From assembly GCF_006345805.1 (NCBI RefSeq), contig NC_043013.1, forward strand, positions 50,902,001 through 50,966,000: DNA of 64,000 bases. The letters run 5' to 3'. The DNA is from Octopus sinensis. Lineage: Eukaryota. The position numbers and the translations under genes are program-made. The notes under the pieces are model-generated. The model saw only the letters and a program-made list of their open reading frames with translations. It had not been told where the DNA came from and searched no databases. Positions 12,360-24,679 of the stretch are shown here, piece after piece (position 1 is the first letter of the stretch; each line of letters opens with the position of its first letter).

Positions 12360-13590
12360 ACATCCTAATTACAATTTATACTAATTGCAAACAATATACG
12401 AATTACAAAATATCTACTAATTACAAACACATACTAATTAAAAAAATATATATGAATTATAAAATATATAATTATAATTTGCAGACTAATTAATAAATAT
12501 ATACTAATTACAAAACATGTTCTAGTTACAAAGCAAAATTTAATTACTAAATATCTCCTAATTGTAAATGATGTCCTAATGACTAATGATGGACATATTA
12601 CAAGATGCACTAATTAAGGAAAATATAATGAATATAAAAGATATTCTAATTGTGATAGATACAAGTTACGAAACCTATACTAATTATATAAGATATACTA
12701 ATTAGATATATTCTAAGATATACTAATTACAAAAATCCTATAATAATTTTATAAGATATGCTAATTAGGAAAAGATGCTAAATATAAGATACACTAATTA
12801 CAATATAAATATACTAATTATGAAAATAGTACTTACTATAATGGATCAGCTAATTACCAAGGATTTGCTAATTATGAATTTTATACTAACTACAGAAAAT
12901 ATTCTGGTTATAAAAGATACACTAATTAGAAAAGACATACTAATTGCAAAAGCTATGTTAATTACAAAAGATATAGTAATTACATTAAGTGTAGTAATTA
13001 GAGAAAGATGTTAATTGTAAAAGCTATACGAATTACGAAACATAACTTATTTCTAAAGATTTACTAATTACAAAAGATACACTAATTAAAATAGATATAT
13101 TAATTACAAATATAGTACCTACCACTAAAGATAAGCTAATTACAAAAGATGTACTAAATATGAATGTTACACTAATTATGAAAGATACAGTGATTACAAA
13201 TGACATATTAATTATAAAAGACATGCTAATAGCAAAATATACTAATTACAACAGCTCTGTTAATTACAAAAGATATAATTATATAAGATGTACTAATTTG
13301 AGAAAGACACTAATTACAAGATTTTACTTATTGTAAAAGATATACTGATCACAAAAGTTATACTAATTACAATAGGTTATTAATTATAAAAGATGCTAAT
13401 TATAGAAGACATTAATTATAGAAAACTAATTTTAATACACCTATTACAAAAATGTACTACTTATGACAGGTGATCTGATAATTAGGTAAGACATGCTAAT
13501 TACATTTGTTACACTAATTACAATAATTCTCTAATTACAAATGACATACTAATTATGAATGTTACACTAATTACAAAAGATGTCATCAAT
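12360..13590. repeat. Degenerate AT-rich minisatellite built on (t)actaattacaaaagata
   Basis: Dozens of ctaatta/taatta cores roughly every 18-25 bp. Confidence 0.85.
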
Positions 13591-13780
13591 GTTGATTTTA
13601 ATGTCCACTTTTCCATGCTTACTTACCTGAGTCTGACAGAATTTGATGAGGTAGACTTTCTACAACCAGATGCTCTTCCTGTCATCAACCTGCACTTGTT
13701 TCCAAGCTAAATCATATTTTCCACATGACTGAACATGTCGTAGAAGATTGGAAACGAATGACACCACCTTTATGATGTAC

Positions 13781-13790
<10 letters not shown>
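13590..13790 (-). mobile_element. Second RTE-type tail family ending in (ATG)n
   Basis: Reverse strand aggaagagcatctggttgtagaaagtctacctcatcaaattctgtcagac...gcatggaaaagtggacattaaaa. Homologues at 23715-23840(+), 57095-57330(-), 59330-59620(-). Confidence 0.6.
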
Positions 13791-13835
<45 letters not shown>

Positions 13836-13916
13836 ATGTATATGTATATATATATGTGCATGTATATGTATATATGTATATATCTAGCAGTTCTCTGCGT
13901 CAGGATGATCAAGGCT

Positions 13917-13988
13917 GTCCCACTGAAGAAACTTGACTTCGGTGAATATTTTTTTGCTGGAAATAGTTAGAAACCGTCATTCTGGGAT
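13917..13988 (+). ncRNA. Degenerate type I hammerhead ribozyme motif in a Penelope-like terminal fragment
   Basis: gtccca-CTGAAGA-aact..(loop)..agtt-a-GAAA-ccgtcat-TC-tgggat. Stem I and the core are intact; stem III is imperfect. Confidence 0.45.
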
Positions 13989-14177
13989 GTAGTTGAGATG
14001 GTAAACGTTTTTAATTTTCATTCCTTTCGTGAATTTATCCCTTTTTTGTGTTCTAGCACAACGCTTCGTTATTTGGAAGCCTCTTATTGTATTTCTATAT
14101 GAATAATATATAGTCTAATGACTAATTCGTTTTTTGTGCTAGGCCACTGGTAACAATAATTTATTATTACCCTATTT

Positions 14178-14225
<48 letters not shown>

Positions 14226-14357
14226 ATTTGTATGTATACGTATTTGTATATACATGTATATGTATATATATATGTATATATATATATATAATATATATAT
14301 ATATGTATGTGTGTATTTGTATGTATACGTATTTGTATATACATGTATATGTATATA

Positions 14358-14410
<53 letters not shown>

Positions 14411-15089
14411 CAGTTTGTCCCCATCACCATTGCTTGACAAATGGTTTATGTCCCTGTCACTTAGCGGTTTGGCAAAAGAGACCAATAGAATAAGTACCCG
14501 GCTCACAAAGAATAAGTCCTGGGGTTGATTCGTTTGACTAAAGGTGATGCTCCAGCTTGGACATAGTCAAATGACACTTGTTTACAGCTATTATGCAGTG
14601 TCCTGATGAAGAGGTAAACACACACACATACACACTCACACACAGACACACACATGCAGCATGGTTCTTTTAGTTTCCATCTACCAGATCCATTCGCAAG
14701 GGTATGATCAACCCATGGCTATAGTAAAAGACACTTGCCCAAGGTGCAGTACATTGGGACTGAACCCAGGACCATGTGGTTGAGAGGCAAGCTTCTTTAC
14801 CACACAGCCATTACAAAAGATATAACCCTTTCTACTATAAGTACAAAGCCTGAAATTGTTTGTAAGGAGGGAGCAGGTCAATGACATCGACCCCAATGTG
14901 TAAGTGGTACTTATTTCATGGACCCTTGAAAGGATGAAAGCAAAGTTGACCTTGCCGGAATTTGAACTCAGAACCTAAAGGAGGACGAAATGCAGCTAAG
15001 CATTTTGCCTGGCGAGGTAACAGTTCTGCTAGCTCACTGCCTTAATAATAATAATGATAATAATAATAATAATAATGATAATAATGATG

Positions 15090-15131
<42 letters not shown>

Positions 15132-15132
15132 G

Positions 15133-15164
<32 letters not shown>

Positions 15165-15929
15165 TCTACTATAGGTACAAAGCCTGAAATATTTTGTAGG
15201 GAGGGAGCAAGTCAATTATATTGACCCCCAATGTGTAAGTGGTACTCATTTCATCAACCTCTGAAGGGTGAAAGCAAAGTCGACCGCACTGGAATTTGAA
15301 CTCCAAAGAGGCCCACTTGAAAGGAACTCAGCCACTTTGCTTCCATATATATGTGCATATATATATATATATATATATATAGGCTGGTGCAATGTAAAAT
15401 GCACTCATGGTAGTGCAACGTAAAATGCATTCATGCCACTGTCATGTAGATGCAGCTGTTGTGGTAGCACATAAGAAGCAGCCATCACACTCTGTAGAGT
15501 AGATGTTAGGAAGGCTCATCCAGCCATAGGAACCTTGCCAAAACAGACAGTTGGAGCCTGGACAGCTCTCAGGCTGGCCATCTCCTGTCAAACTGTCCAA
15601 TCCAAGCCTGCATAGAAAACAGACATTAAACGATGATGATATATATATATTTGGACTGAAGTGGAAAATCCACTCACAAGACAGGATGTTGCTAATTCCT
15701 CATCAGTTATCATCCAAAAATTTCACACCTTTACACACTCTCAAGTGTTTCATCACTACAAACAAATCATGTGTGTAGATTGTTCAGCAAGAAACACTGT
15801 GGAGCCCTCATCTGTCATTTACTTCAAGAAAGTGCACAATATCCACCTGACAGTTTTCATCCAAATTCTCTCTCTACCAAATCCGGTCACTTGGCTTTTG
15901 GGTCGACCCATGGCTACACAGCAGAAATC

Positions 15930-16322
15930 ATTTAGCGTTCTGATCATTCTGTCAAATTCACTGCTTATTTATTCACATTGTTTTGAATTAGTCACGCATC
16001 ATCTTGCAGTTTTGAGATTTTCACGATGTAATTGTTTATTTTTAGAAGGACATTGTAGGGTAGGTGTAAGAGGCTGGATCTGGCCAGTTTGAACATGAAA
16101 CAGAATATTTGCAGGATATGACTGGTTTAACCTTTTAGCAATCAGATTACTCTGTACGAATGTAATGCTTGCTTATTCACATTGCTTTGAATTAATCATA
16201 CATTATCTCAGAGCTTTGAGATTTTCATGATGTGACTGTTTAGTTTTAGAAGCGCATTGTAGGGTAGGTGTAAGAGGCTGAATATGGCAGGTTGAACCTA
16301 AAACAGGTACGATATTTTGGCC
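15930..16322 (+). mobile_element. Two tandem copies of the TTAA-ended MITE-like element
   Basis: Two ~195-bp units (tttagc..tcagattactctg...tgtagggtaggtgtaagaggctg...) joined at ggtttaaccttttagca (about 16127). Confidence 0.7.
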
Positions 16323-17169
16323 TGGCACCATTCGAGTGTGATTATTACCAGTGTCGCCTTACTGACTCTTGTGCCCATGTTAGTAGGGTGCCAAAAGCAC
16401 CATCCGAGCATGATTGTTGCCAGAGCAGCCAACTGGCTTCCGTACCCGTGGCACGTAAAAGGGCACCATTCGAGTGTGATCGTTACCAACATTGCCGTTT
16501 ACACATGCTGGTGGCATGTGTAAAAAGATTCGAGCGAGGTCATTGCCTGTATCGCCTGACTGGCCCCCATGCCGGTGGCACGTAAAAAGCACCCACTACA
16601 CTCTCGGAGTTGTTGGCGTTAGGAAGGGCATCCAGCTGTAGAAACTCTGCCAGATCAAGATTGGAGCCTGGTGCAGCCCTCTGGTTCACCAGCCCTCAGT
16701 CAAAATCGTCCAACCCATGCTAGCATGGAAAGCGGACGTTAAACGATGATGATGGGCAGTTTGAATGTTAAATGGTTAAGGCGCTTTGCAGCAAAACTGA
16801 GACAATTCTCATAGTTCCCAACATTCTTGAGATACAAACTACTTCTCAAACTGGTACAGCTACGATGATTTAAAACAATAAAATAAAATAAAATGAAATA
16901 AAATAAAATTTAAAACAAAACAAAACAAAACGAAAACAAAACAGAGCCTCGCAAATGTATAAAATCAAGCGGATGTTGAAATAGTTGTTAGTGACGACAT
17001 ATAAAAGTCAACATCCACCCGCAATTATCAAAACACCCCAACAATGTTCTCTCCTGCTTGGAAAGATCAACCAATGTTATTGTATTTACCCGTTCGACTT
17101 CCATTTCGGTTTAACGGCTGTAATGGTTTGATGTGCAGTTTATACTGTTTCTTTTGAGGTGATGTAATC

Positions 17170-17173
17170 AGTA

Positions 17174-17204
<31 letters not shown>

Positions 17205-17860
17205 AGTGGTGGCGGTGGTGGTGGTGGTGTTCTCGTTGTTGTTGCTGTTGTTGTTGTGGTCTCTCGACAGATCACTACCAGCTGCTTGTAGTGTTTACTC
17301 TGAAGAACATGGACATTCATATTGAGACATGGTAACCGGGATGAGGATGATGATGGCAGCGGTGGTGGTGATGGTGGTAGTGGTTGAGAGGGGAGGTAGT
17401 AATATGGTGATAGTGGCAGTAGTGGTAGTGGTGGTAGTGACGGTGATAATCGTGGTAGTAATGGTTGTGGTGGTTGAATTGGTGTTGAGGTAGTGGTGGA
17501 GTGGTAGTAATGGTTGTGGTGGTTGAATTGGTGTTGGAGGTAGTGGTGGAGTGTAATGTTGGTAATAGTATTGTTGTTGTGGTGGTGTTGGTAGTAGTAG
17601 AGTTATCGGTCTTGGTGGTAGTGGTGGTGGTGATAGTATTGGCTGTAGTGGTTCAGTGATGGAGGAGGCAGTGGTGATGATAATTATTGTAGTGGTACTA
17701 GTGTTAGTGGTGATGACAGGGGTGGGGAATGTCAAGCTGGTAGAGATTCTTTGTACGATGATGATGGTGATGTCTGTAGCAATACATGTGATGCTGAAAC
17801 TAATGATGGTGGTGGTGGTAGTGGTGGTGGTGGTGGTGATGGGGCTGCTGGTTGTAGTAA
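17170..17860. repeat. (GGT/GTA/GTT)n low-complexity field
   Basis: Visible triplet runs. Confidence 0.9.
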
Positions 17861-18150
17861 AGGTAGCGTAAGTATAAAAATGTTAAATAAACAAAACCTG
17901 GGTACTTTCGATGTTGTTGCTGTCGTTGTTGATGTTGTATCTGCTCCAGATGCGGAGTAATTTCAACTGGGACTGAAATGGTTTTGATCAATTAACACAT
18001 GAACATATGCATGTGTATATATGTATATATATATATATATAAACGCACACACAAATATGCTGTAGAATGTATGGGTTTATGTGGGGTAGGCTCTATTTCT
18101 TCTGTATGCCAGAATACACATATACACACGCATACATATATGAATAATTA

Positions 18151-18682
18151 CGAGGTTGAGGAAAAAGTTTGTACGCCTTGTTAAAATAATGATTTTTTTT
18201 TTTTATGCAAGAATTTATCCAAAAACATCAACAACTATTCTTCAAATTGAAGGGCATCATGTTCCACGACCTTCTGCCAACGATCTGCAAGTTTTGGGAT
18301 TTGGTCAAAGTACCAATCCTTCAACTTTGAATTGAAAAATTCTTTCTAGGCTTCTTCAACTTCATTGAATGACTCAGATTGGTGACCTTTCATAAAGTGA
18401 TGCATTGATCGGAAGAGATCGTAGTCAGATGGAGCAACATCTGGACTATAGGCTGGATGCAGCAGAACTTCTACACCGTCCAATTCTTCAATCTTGCTGC
18501 TGACCTTTCTGGTTTGCTGCTTTGCATTGTCTTGTTGAAACAAAGCGCATTTTTGATGAACAAGTCTTGGGTACTTTTCAACCAGCACGTTGTAGACTCA
18601 ATCAAGTTCTTCGCAGTAAAGTTCAGCGTTGATGGTGCAACCATTCAGCACAAGTTCAGGGCACAAACTTTTTCCTTAAGCG
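18151..18682 (-). mobile_element. Internally deleted mariner with transposase C-terminal half
   Basis: Minus strand ELVLNGCTINAELYCEELD*VYNVL...LFQQDNAK...HPAYSPDVAPSDYDLF (second and third Asp of D,D34D). TA|cgaggttgaggaaaaagtttgtac TIR at 18151 and a degenerate inverted copy at about 18661-18682. Confidence 0.85.
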
Positions 18683-19335
18683 ACAGAAACAGTGTCAGTA
18701 TCAAAAAGCAATCTTTATATCCAACTTAACATGGACGTTGCATTAGAACAAAGAATACTGCATTATATACCTTGAGTGGACCTTTCATCTATATGCATGA
18801 TGCATAAAAGCACTCATATTTGTTGTTTTGTTGTGTTGGCAGATAAAAATCGTCTGCTATGGGCCCCAGACCTGTGATTTCAATGTGGACTGCCCCAGAT
18901 CATGTGATTTCAATGTTGACTGTCTCCTCAGCCAAACCTCACTGCCTGGGATTATATAGAATTTCAGTGTCTATTCAGTCACTGATGTCACAAATAGCTA
19001 ACGAGCTTATTAAAAAATAATTATCAGTAATAGAAGTGGTATAAGTGTCAAAGGACAATCTTGATATCCAACTTAACATGGATGTCGCTAATGAATATTT
19101 TTTAATGAGCTTATTGGTTAATTGTGACATGAATGAGATTCCCTATATCATTGGCAGGGAGGTTTGACTGTATGCAGTTATTATTGGATATCTGCCACTG
19201 ACGGGGTGGGACATGTTGAAATCATGTGATCTGGTAGCTCTGACGCTCATAACAGGCAATTCTTCTCTGCCAGCAACATCATCATCATCATCAACATCAT
19301 AACGTAAGATGAATAATGATAATGTGCTCAGATAA

Positions 19336-19728
19336 TCTCTATGTATATAAAGCTGAAGTTGTCTGTGTATGACAGGTTTGGTAGCCTTCAACTAATGCTA
19401 TCTCCTCTGAGACCCTGCGGCGCAAGTTGACCAAAATTGAGAGTATGATAGAAGAAGGCTTGCTCTTCCTTCCATAGAAGAATAAATTCAAATCGGACCA
19501 TGTTAAGACCAAAAATTATTGACATCAAAAAGGTGCTTTTTTTCTATGAAAATCCCTATTTTTTTAACGATTTTTTGACTGCTGTGTCGCTAATTTTCAG
19601 TGTATTTCAACCAGAAAATGTTCACTTAAAGAGATTAACAAGCTACATAATGCAAAATTTTTACTTTTCAAAAATTCCAATTCTAAAGGGTCGAAACAAA
19701 CCTGAGCAACGCCGGGCAATACTGCTAG
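19336..19728 (+). mobile_element. Non-autonomous Helitron (different body, same 3' end)
   Basis: a|tctctatgtatataaagctgaagttgtctg ... aaacctgagcaacgccgggcaatactgCTAG|t. Confidence 0.8.
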
Positions 19729-19744
19729 TAACTTTATAAACGAA

Positions 19745-20139
19745 CTAGCAGTATCGCCCGGCGTTGCTCGGGTTTGTAAGGGAAATAATTATATAAGCAT
19801 TTTTAGAGATGTAAAGTATAATAGCCATCTCAATATGGCTAACCACAAAGGGGGAGGGGTGTTACTGTAGCTTTTTACGTTCTGAGATTTAATAATAAAT
19901 TTTAGAGAGTTACTTCCCTTATATATGTCAAAAATGGATTAAAAATGGGAAAAATTGATGGTAAATTTTTTTTTAAATCGTAGACTCATCGTAGACGCGC
20001 GCTAATACCCTGACGGTCTCGATATGAATCACGACTATAAGATACCCGGTTTTGGTTAAACTGCACCGCAAAATGTGGGAGTAGTTAGGAATCTAAATTG
20101 TAGGAGACAGACACACAACCTCACTTTTATATATAAAGA
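19745..20139 (-). mobile_element. Non-autonomous Helitron
   Basis: Reverse strand a|tctttatatataaaagtgaggttgtgtgtctgtc ... aaacccgagcaacgccgggcgatactgCTAG|t. Confidence 0.85.
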
Positions 20140-20140
20140 T

Positions 20141-20558
20141 TTCCTCTATTTACATAATATTGAGGTCTCTTTCTTTCTTTTTTTATCTTACTGTTTTTAC
20201 CAATATACATATATATATATATAAATATATATATAGTTACAGAGATGTACTTGCATAGCAAGTGACTTGATCTGAGATCGTGTGCTGGAACGAAAACAGT
20301 TGCAGCGTTGAAGGTGTTTATAAGCCATTTAAGAAACACACAAAAACCGTTAGATTCACTTCAACATTTAAATTTAATTTGTGAAAATATTTTCGTCGCT
20401 TTGAGACCGCGACCTGTTAGCACGATATTTTTGTCAGTGAACAGGTCGCGGTCTGAAAGCGACGAAAATATTTTGGCAAATTAAATTTAAATGTTGAAGT
20501 TAATGTAACGGTTTTTGTGTGTTTCTTAAATGGCTTACAAACACCTTCCACGCTGCAA
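20141..20558. mobile_element. Penelope-like terminal (pLTR-type) fragment forming a long inverted repeat
   Basis: Arms 20300-20418 and 20440-20558 are near-perfect reverse complements with a 21-nt loop, and contain a hammerhead fold. The Penelope assignment is inference from that fold and the inverted architecture. Confidence 0.55.
20430..20480 (+). ncRNA. Minimal type I hammerhead ribozyme candidate with G3-C8 core variant
   Basis: tttgtca / GTGAACA / g / gtcgc-ggtctgaaa-gcgac / GAA / AATATT / T / tggcaaa: 7-bp stem I, 5-bp stem II, palindromic stem III. Confidence 0.6.
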
Positions 20559-20914
20559 TATATATATACACACATATATATATATGTATGTATGTATGTG
20601 TGTATATGTGTATGCATGTATGTGTGTGTGTGTCTGTGCTTGTGATTGTCCTCCACCACTGCTTGACAACGAATGTTGGTTTGTTTACATCCCTGTCAAC
20701 TAGTGGTTTGACAAAGGAAACAGATAGAATAAGTACAATGCTTACAAAAATAAAACTGGAGTTGATTCATTAAACTACAATTCTTCAAGGCATTGCCCCA
20801 GCATGGCCACAGACCAATGGCTGGAAAAAGCAGAAGAATAAAAGAATACATTCTCTGCTTTGGTCATATGTTGAAGGCATGAGAAAGCTTGAGTTTACAT
20901 GAGAAGGCCTAACA

Positions 20915-21180
20915 GACCTGGTAGAAACAGCAGCCAAATCTCCCTCAAATCACACCTTACTGTCTTATGTATGTATATATATATGAGCCAATGAGGGGGA
21001 CCTCTACATGGTAGCTAGACCTGGTAGAAATAGCAGCCAAATTTCCCCCAAATCACACCTTACTGTCTTATCTATGTATATATGTATGTATGAGCCTATG
21101 AGGGAGACCCCTACATGGCAGCTAGACATGGTAGAAATAGCAGCCAAATCTCCCTCAAATCACACCTTACTGTCTTATCT
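20915..21180 (+). repeat. ~100-bp tandem repeat, 3 copies
   Basis: gacctggtagaaa..gcagccaaatctccctcaaatcacaccttactgtctt at about 20917, 21018 and 21125. Confidence 0.9.
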
Positions 21181-21690
21181 TTCTGCTACTTGGATATAGG
21201 TGTTATATTCGTCGTAAAAAAACTTTCCTGTCACACACTCACGCACACGCACACACACACACACACACGCACCCTCACACACACACACGCGCACACCCAC
21301 ACACACCCACTCACACACACGCACGTTAGCTTACAATTTTATTTATATATTTGCGTGTCTATGTGTGGAAAGAGGAAGTGGGAGGCAGAGTGAAAGAATC
21401 ACTCACTACAGTAAGTCAATTACTTTCATTTTATTCGTTGCCCACTGTGTGTGTGCGTTTGCGTGTGCTGTAAACCAGACTAAGAAAAGCATTTGACACA
21501 CACACCAGAATGTGAGTTTTCTGTAAATTTTGCTTAACTGGAGTTTAAATTTTAAAAACTGGACCTGGCATGACGCGATGCATTGTACTCTTAAAAATGC
21601 AAGGTAAATTGTAATTGAAGAAATCCTATATTGTAGATTTGTATAACTCCCAAAGGGAGGCAGATAAAATCTGCCTTTTATAATAAGAGA
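21177..21690 (-). mobile_element. 5' module of the Helitron at 5161, truncated at the first array unit
   Basis: The reverse complement is colinear with about 5161-5625 (tcttattataaaaggcagatttt ... cctatatccaagtagcagaaagat). Confidence 0.85.
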
Positions 21691-24679
21691 TAAAGAAAAC
21701 AGTGTGACAATTCCAACCTGAAGTGTAAAATGGCAACCTGCAACTTCCATTGTCCATGATGCAACATGAACCATCTGTCTGTACTACAGCAAGCAAGCTA
21801 AGGTGAAAGGTGTCAATTCATAATGATGACTCGATGTATATGTAATGTCACCTGGTATAGTCCCCTCCAGACAAATTAACGTAAGCTTAAATATAAATGA
21901 TGTGGGAATGAAAGACATCACTTGGTAGAATCGTGTCCTCTGATTGGATGACACTTAATAAACAATGTTTTGTGCCGAAACAATTGGAGTTGTCTCAATC
22001 ATCAGTTAACATCCATTTGCAATCATAAGAAATCCCCTCAAGATAAATGATGCAATATTTGGTGCTCTAGCATTGCGTCTGTATATAAACATGGGCTTAT
22101 GTGTATTTTCATGTATAGAGATACACGTCTATGAGATGATTATATAATCATTTCTAATCTAAGCCCAAGGCCTGAAATTCTGAAGAAGTGGGTGTAGTTG
22201 AGTAGATTGACCCCAGTACACAACTGGTACTTAATTTATTGACCCCGAAAGGATGAAAGGCAAAGTTGACCTCAGCGGAATTTGAACTCAGAACGTAAAA
22301 ACAGACGGAATACCTATTCTTTTACTACCCACAAGGGGCTAAACACAGAGAGGACAAACAAGGACAGACAAACGGATTAAGTCGATTATATCGATTATAT
22401 CGATCCCAGTACGCAACTAGTACTTAATTTATCGACCCTGAAAGGATGAAAGGCAAAGTCAACCTCGGCGGAATTTGAATTCAGAATGTAAAGACAGACG
22501 AAATACTGCTAAGCATTTCACCCAGCATACTAATGATTCTGCCAGCTTGCCACCTTGTAATGCTTATATAATACATCTACTATGTATGTATTTATACATA
22601 CTCTCATACACACAGATGTATTTGCATAAATTAGTATGTGTCTGTATTATTTTTACATAAACTGATGTGTGTATCTCTATGTGGGGGGATATATATCTTT
22701 TATGCTTTACCTATTTTATCACTGAGCTATGCATCTGTGAAAGTTCATGGCTCGGTGGTTTGAGCATTGAGCTCACAATCATGAGGTAGTGGGTTTGATT
22801 CCTGAACCAGGCCATGTGTTGTGTTCTTGAGCAAGACACTTTATTTCATACTGCTGCAATTCACTCAGCTGTAGAAATGAGTTGTGATGACACTGGTGCC
22901 AAGGCTGTATCGGCCTTTGGCATTCCATTGGATAATATCAGTGGCATGGACAAGGGAAGCTGATATGCATGGATGACCGCTGGTCTTCCATAAACAACCT
23001 TGCCAAGACTTTTGCCTCAGACGGGAACTTTCCAGGTGCAATCCCATGGTCATTCATGACCGAAGTGGGTCATTACCCTTTCTGTTTTATCTGTTTTAGT
23101 TATTGGACTGTGGCCATGCGGGAGCACTGTCTTGAAGGTTTTAGTTGAACAAATCAATTCCAATACTTATTTGTCGTTTTCTAAAGTTTGGTACTTAGTC
23201 TGTGATTCACTTTTGCAGAACCCCTAATTTATAGGGACGTAAACAAACCAACATTTGTTGTCAAGCTGTAGTGGGATATAAATGCAAGCACACACCTGTC
23301 CCACACATTTCAGTGAAACTGAGATTCTGCATGCAAATTGTGTATATGTACACACACACACACACACACACACACATGCACACAGCTCCCTTCACCCCAT
23401 TTCCTACTCCCATTATCCCCACCACCCATCATCTATCTAACCGTAGTATTTTGCTTCTGTAATTAAATGTGAGAAGAACCCTATATCTCACCAGCCTTTC
23501 CCTGATACTGCATTTATTTCTCTCTATCCAGAACTATTACCCCTGACAGCCATCCTTCATTCTTAAACTGTCCTCTCCATCGACATTTCACACTGATCAC
23601 CCACCTGGGGTACCAAATTATCTCTTCTTCTTCACCACCATGTACATCTCTTCCCACACTTTACACCTGCCTGTCTCCCAATATTCTTGCAGCTTTCTCA
23701 ACCCTTACTTGAAAATGGGTGAGGGTTGGTAACAGGAAAGGGATCTGGCTGCCACAGAAAACTGACCTTAGCAAATTCTGTCTGACCCAAACAAGCATGG
23801 AAAAGTGAATGTTAAAATTATGATGACGATGATGATGATTATATGTGCGTGTGTGTGTGTGTGTATTTATATTGTTGATTCTGCTTAATTGGATAACTTT
23901 TCAAATCATAGAACTATTTAGCAGTGTCAAATATACATAAAATTGATCAGTTAATTGCATATGCAAATAAAGTCAATTTTAATTGATTGCACAGAGATCT
24001 GTTGTGATTTTTTTTTTTTTTTGGTTCTAGTAAAAAAATAATAAATTGGTGAAATGTAGCATGAAATTACGTATGATTACTACAAATAATGAATTAAAAT
24101 GACAGTCTTTAGTACTTTGTGTTTACTAACAACCAACGTAAAAAAAAATAATTCAAATATATTCAATATACTTTTACCATTTCAATGAATTCAGAAACTA
24201 TCAAAGATAATATTCCAGTGGAGTGATTTTTAATTGTGTAATAAAATTCTTCAATAAATTAAATCTCTTTTCATCATCATCATCATCACTGCTCATATTT
24301 GATATTTTTTTCTTCCCTGCTGGCATGGGTTGGACAATTTGACAAGAGCTGTGCCAAGCTCCATTGTCAACTTTGGCTTGTCTTCTATAGCTGGATGTCT
24401 CTTTCCTGACATCAACCACTTTACAGGGTGAACTGGGTGTTTTTTACATGGCACAGGCATTTGTGGGGTCATGAAGTAATTTGCAAGACAGACCCTTAAC
24501 TAAGTCGAATAGGGAGTAGCTTTGAGGGAGGTGGTTTTCTGCCAAGTAATGAATAGAGGGGATAGATATGAATGTCTTGCTGTGGATGAAATACATGGCT
24601 ACTCCTGTTGGAAAAGGGAGATGGAAGGGGAGTGAGAGACAAAAAAAAAAGAGAGAAGATGGGGGTAAAGATATGTTGG

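Noticed and set aside
14603-14620. gtgtc-CTGATGA-agagg
   Set aside because: Truncated by a (CA)n run before any stem II or GAAA.
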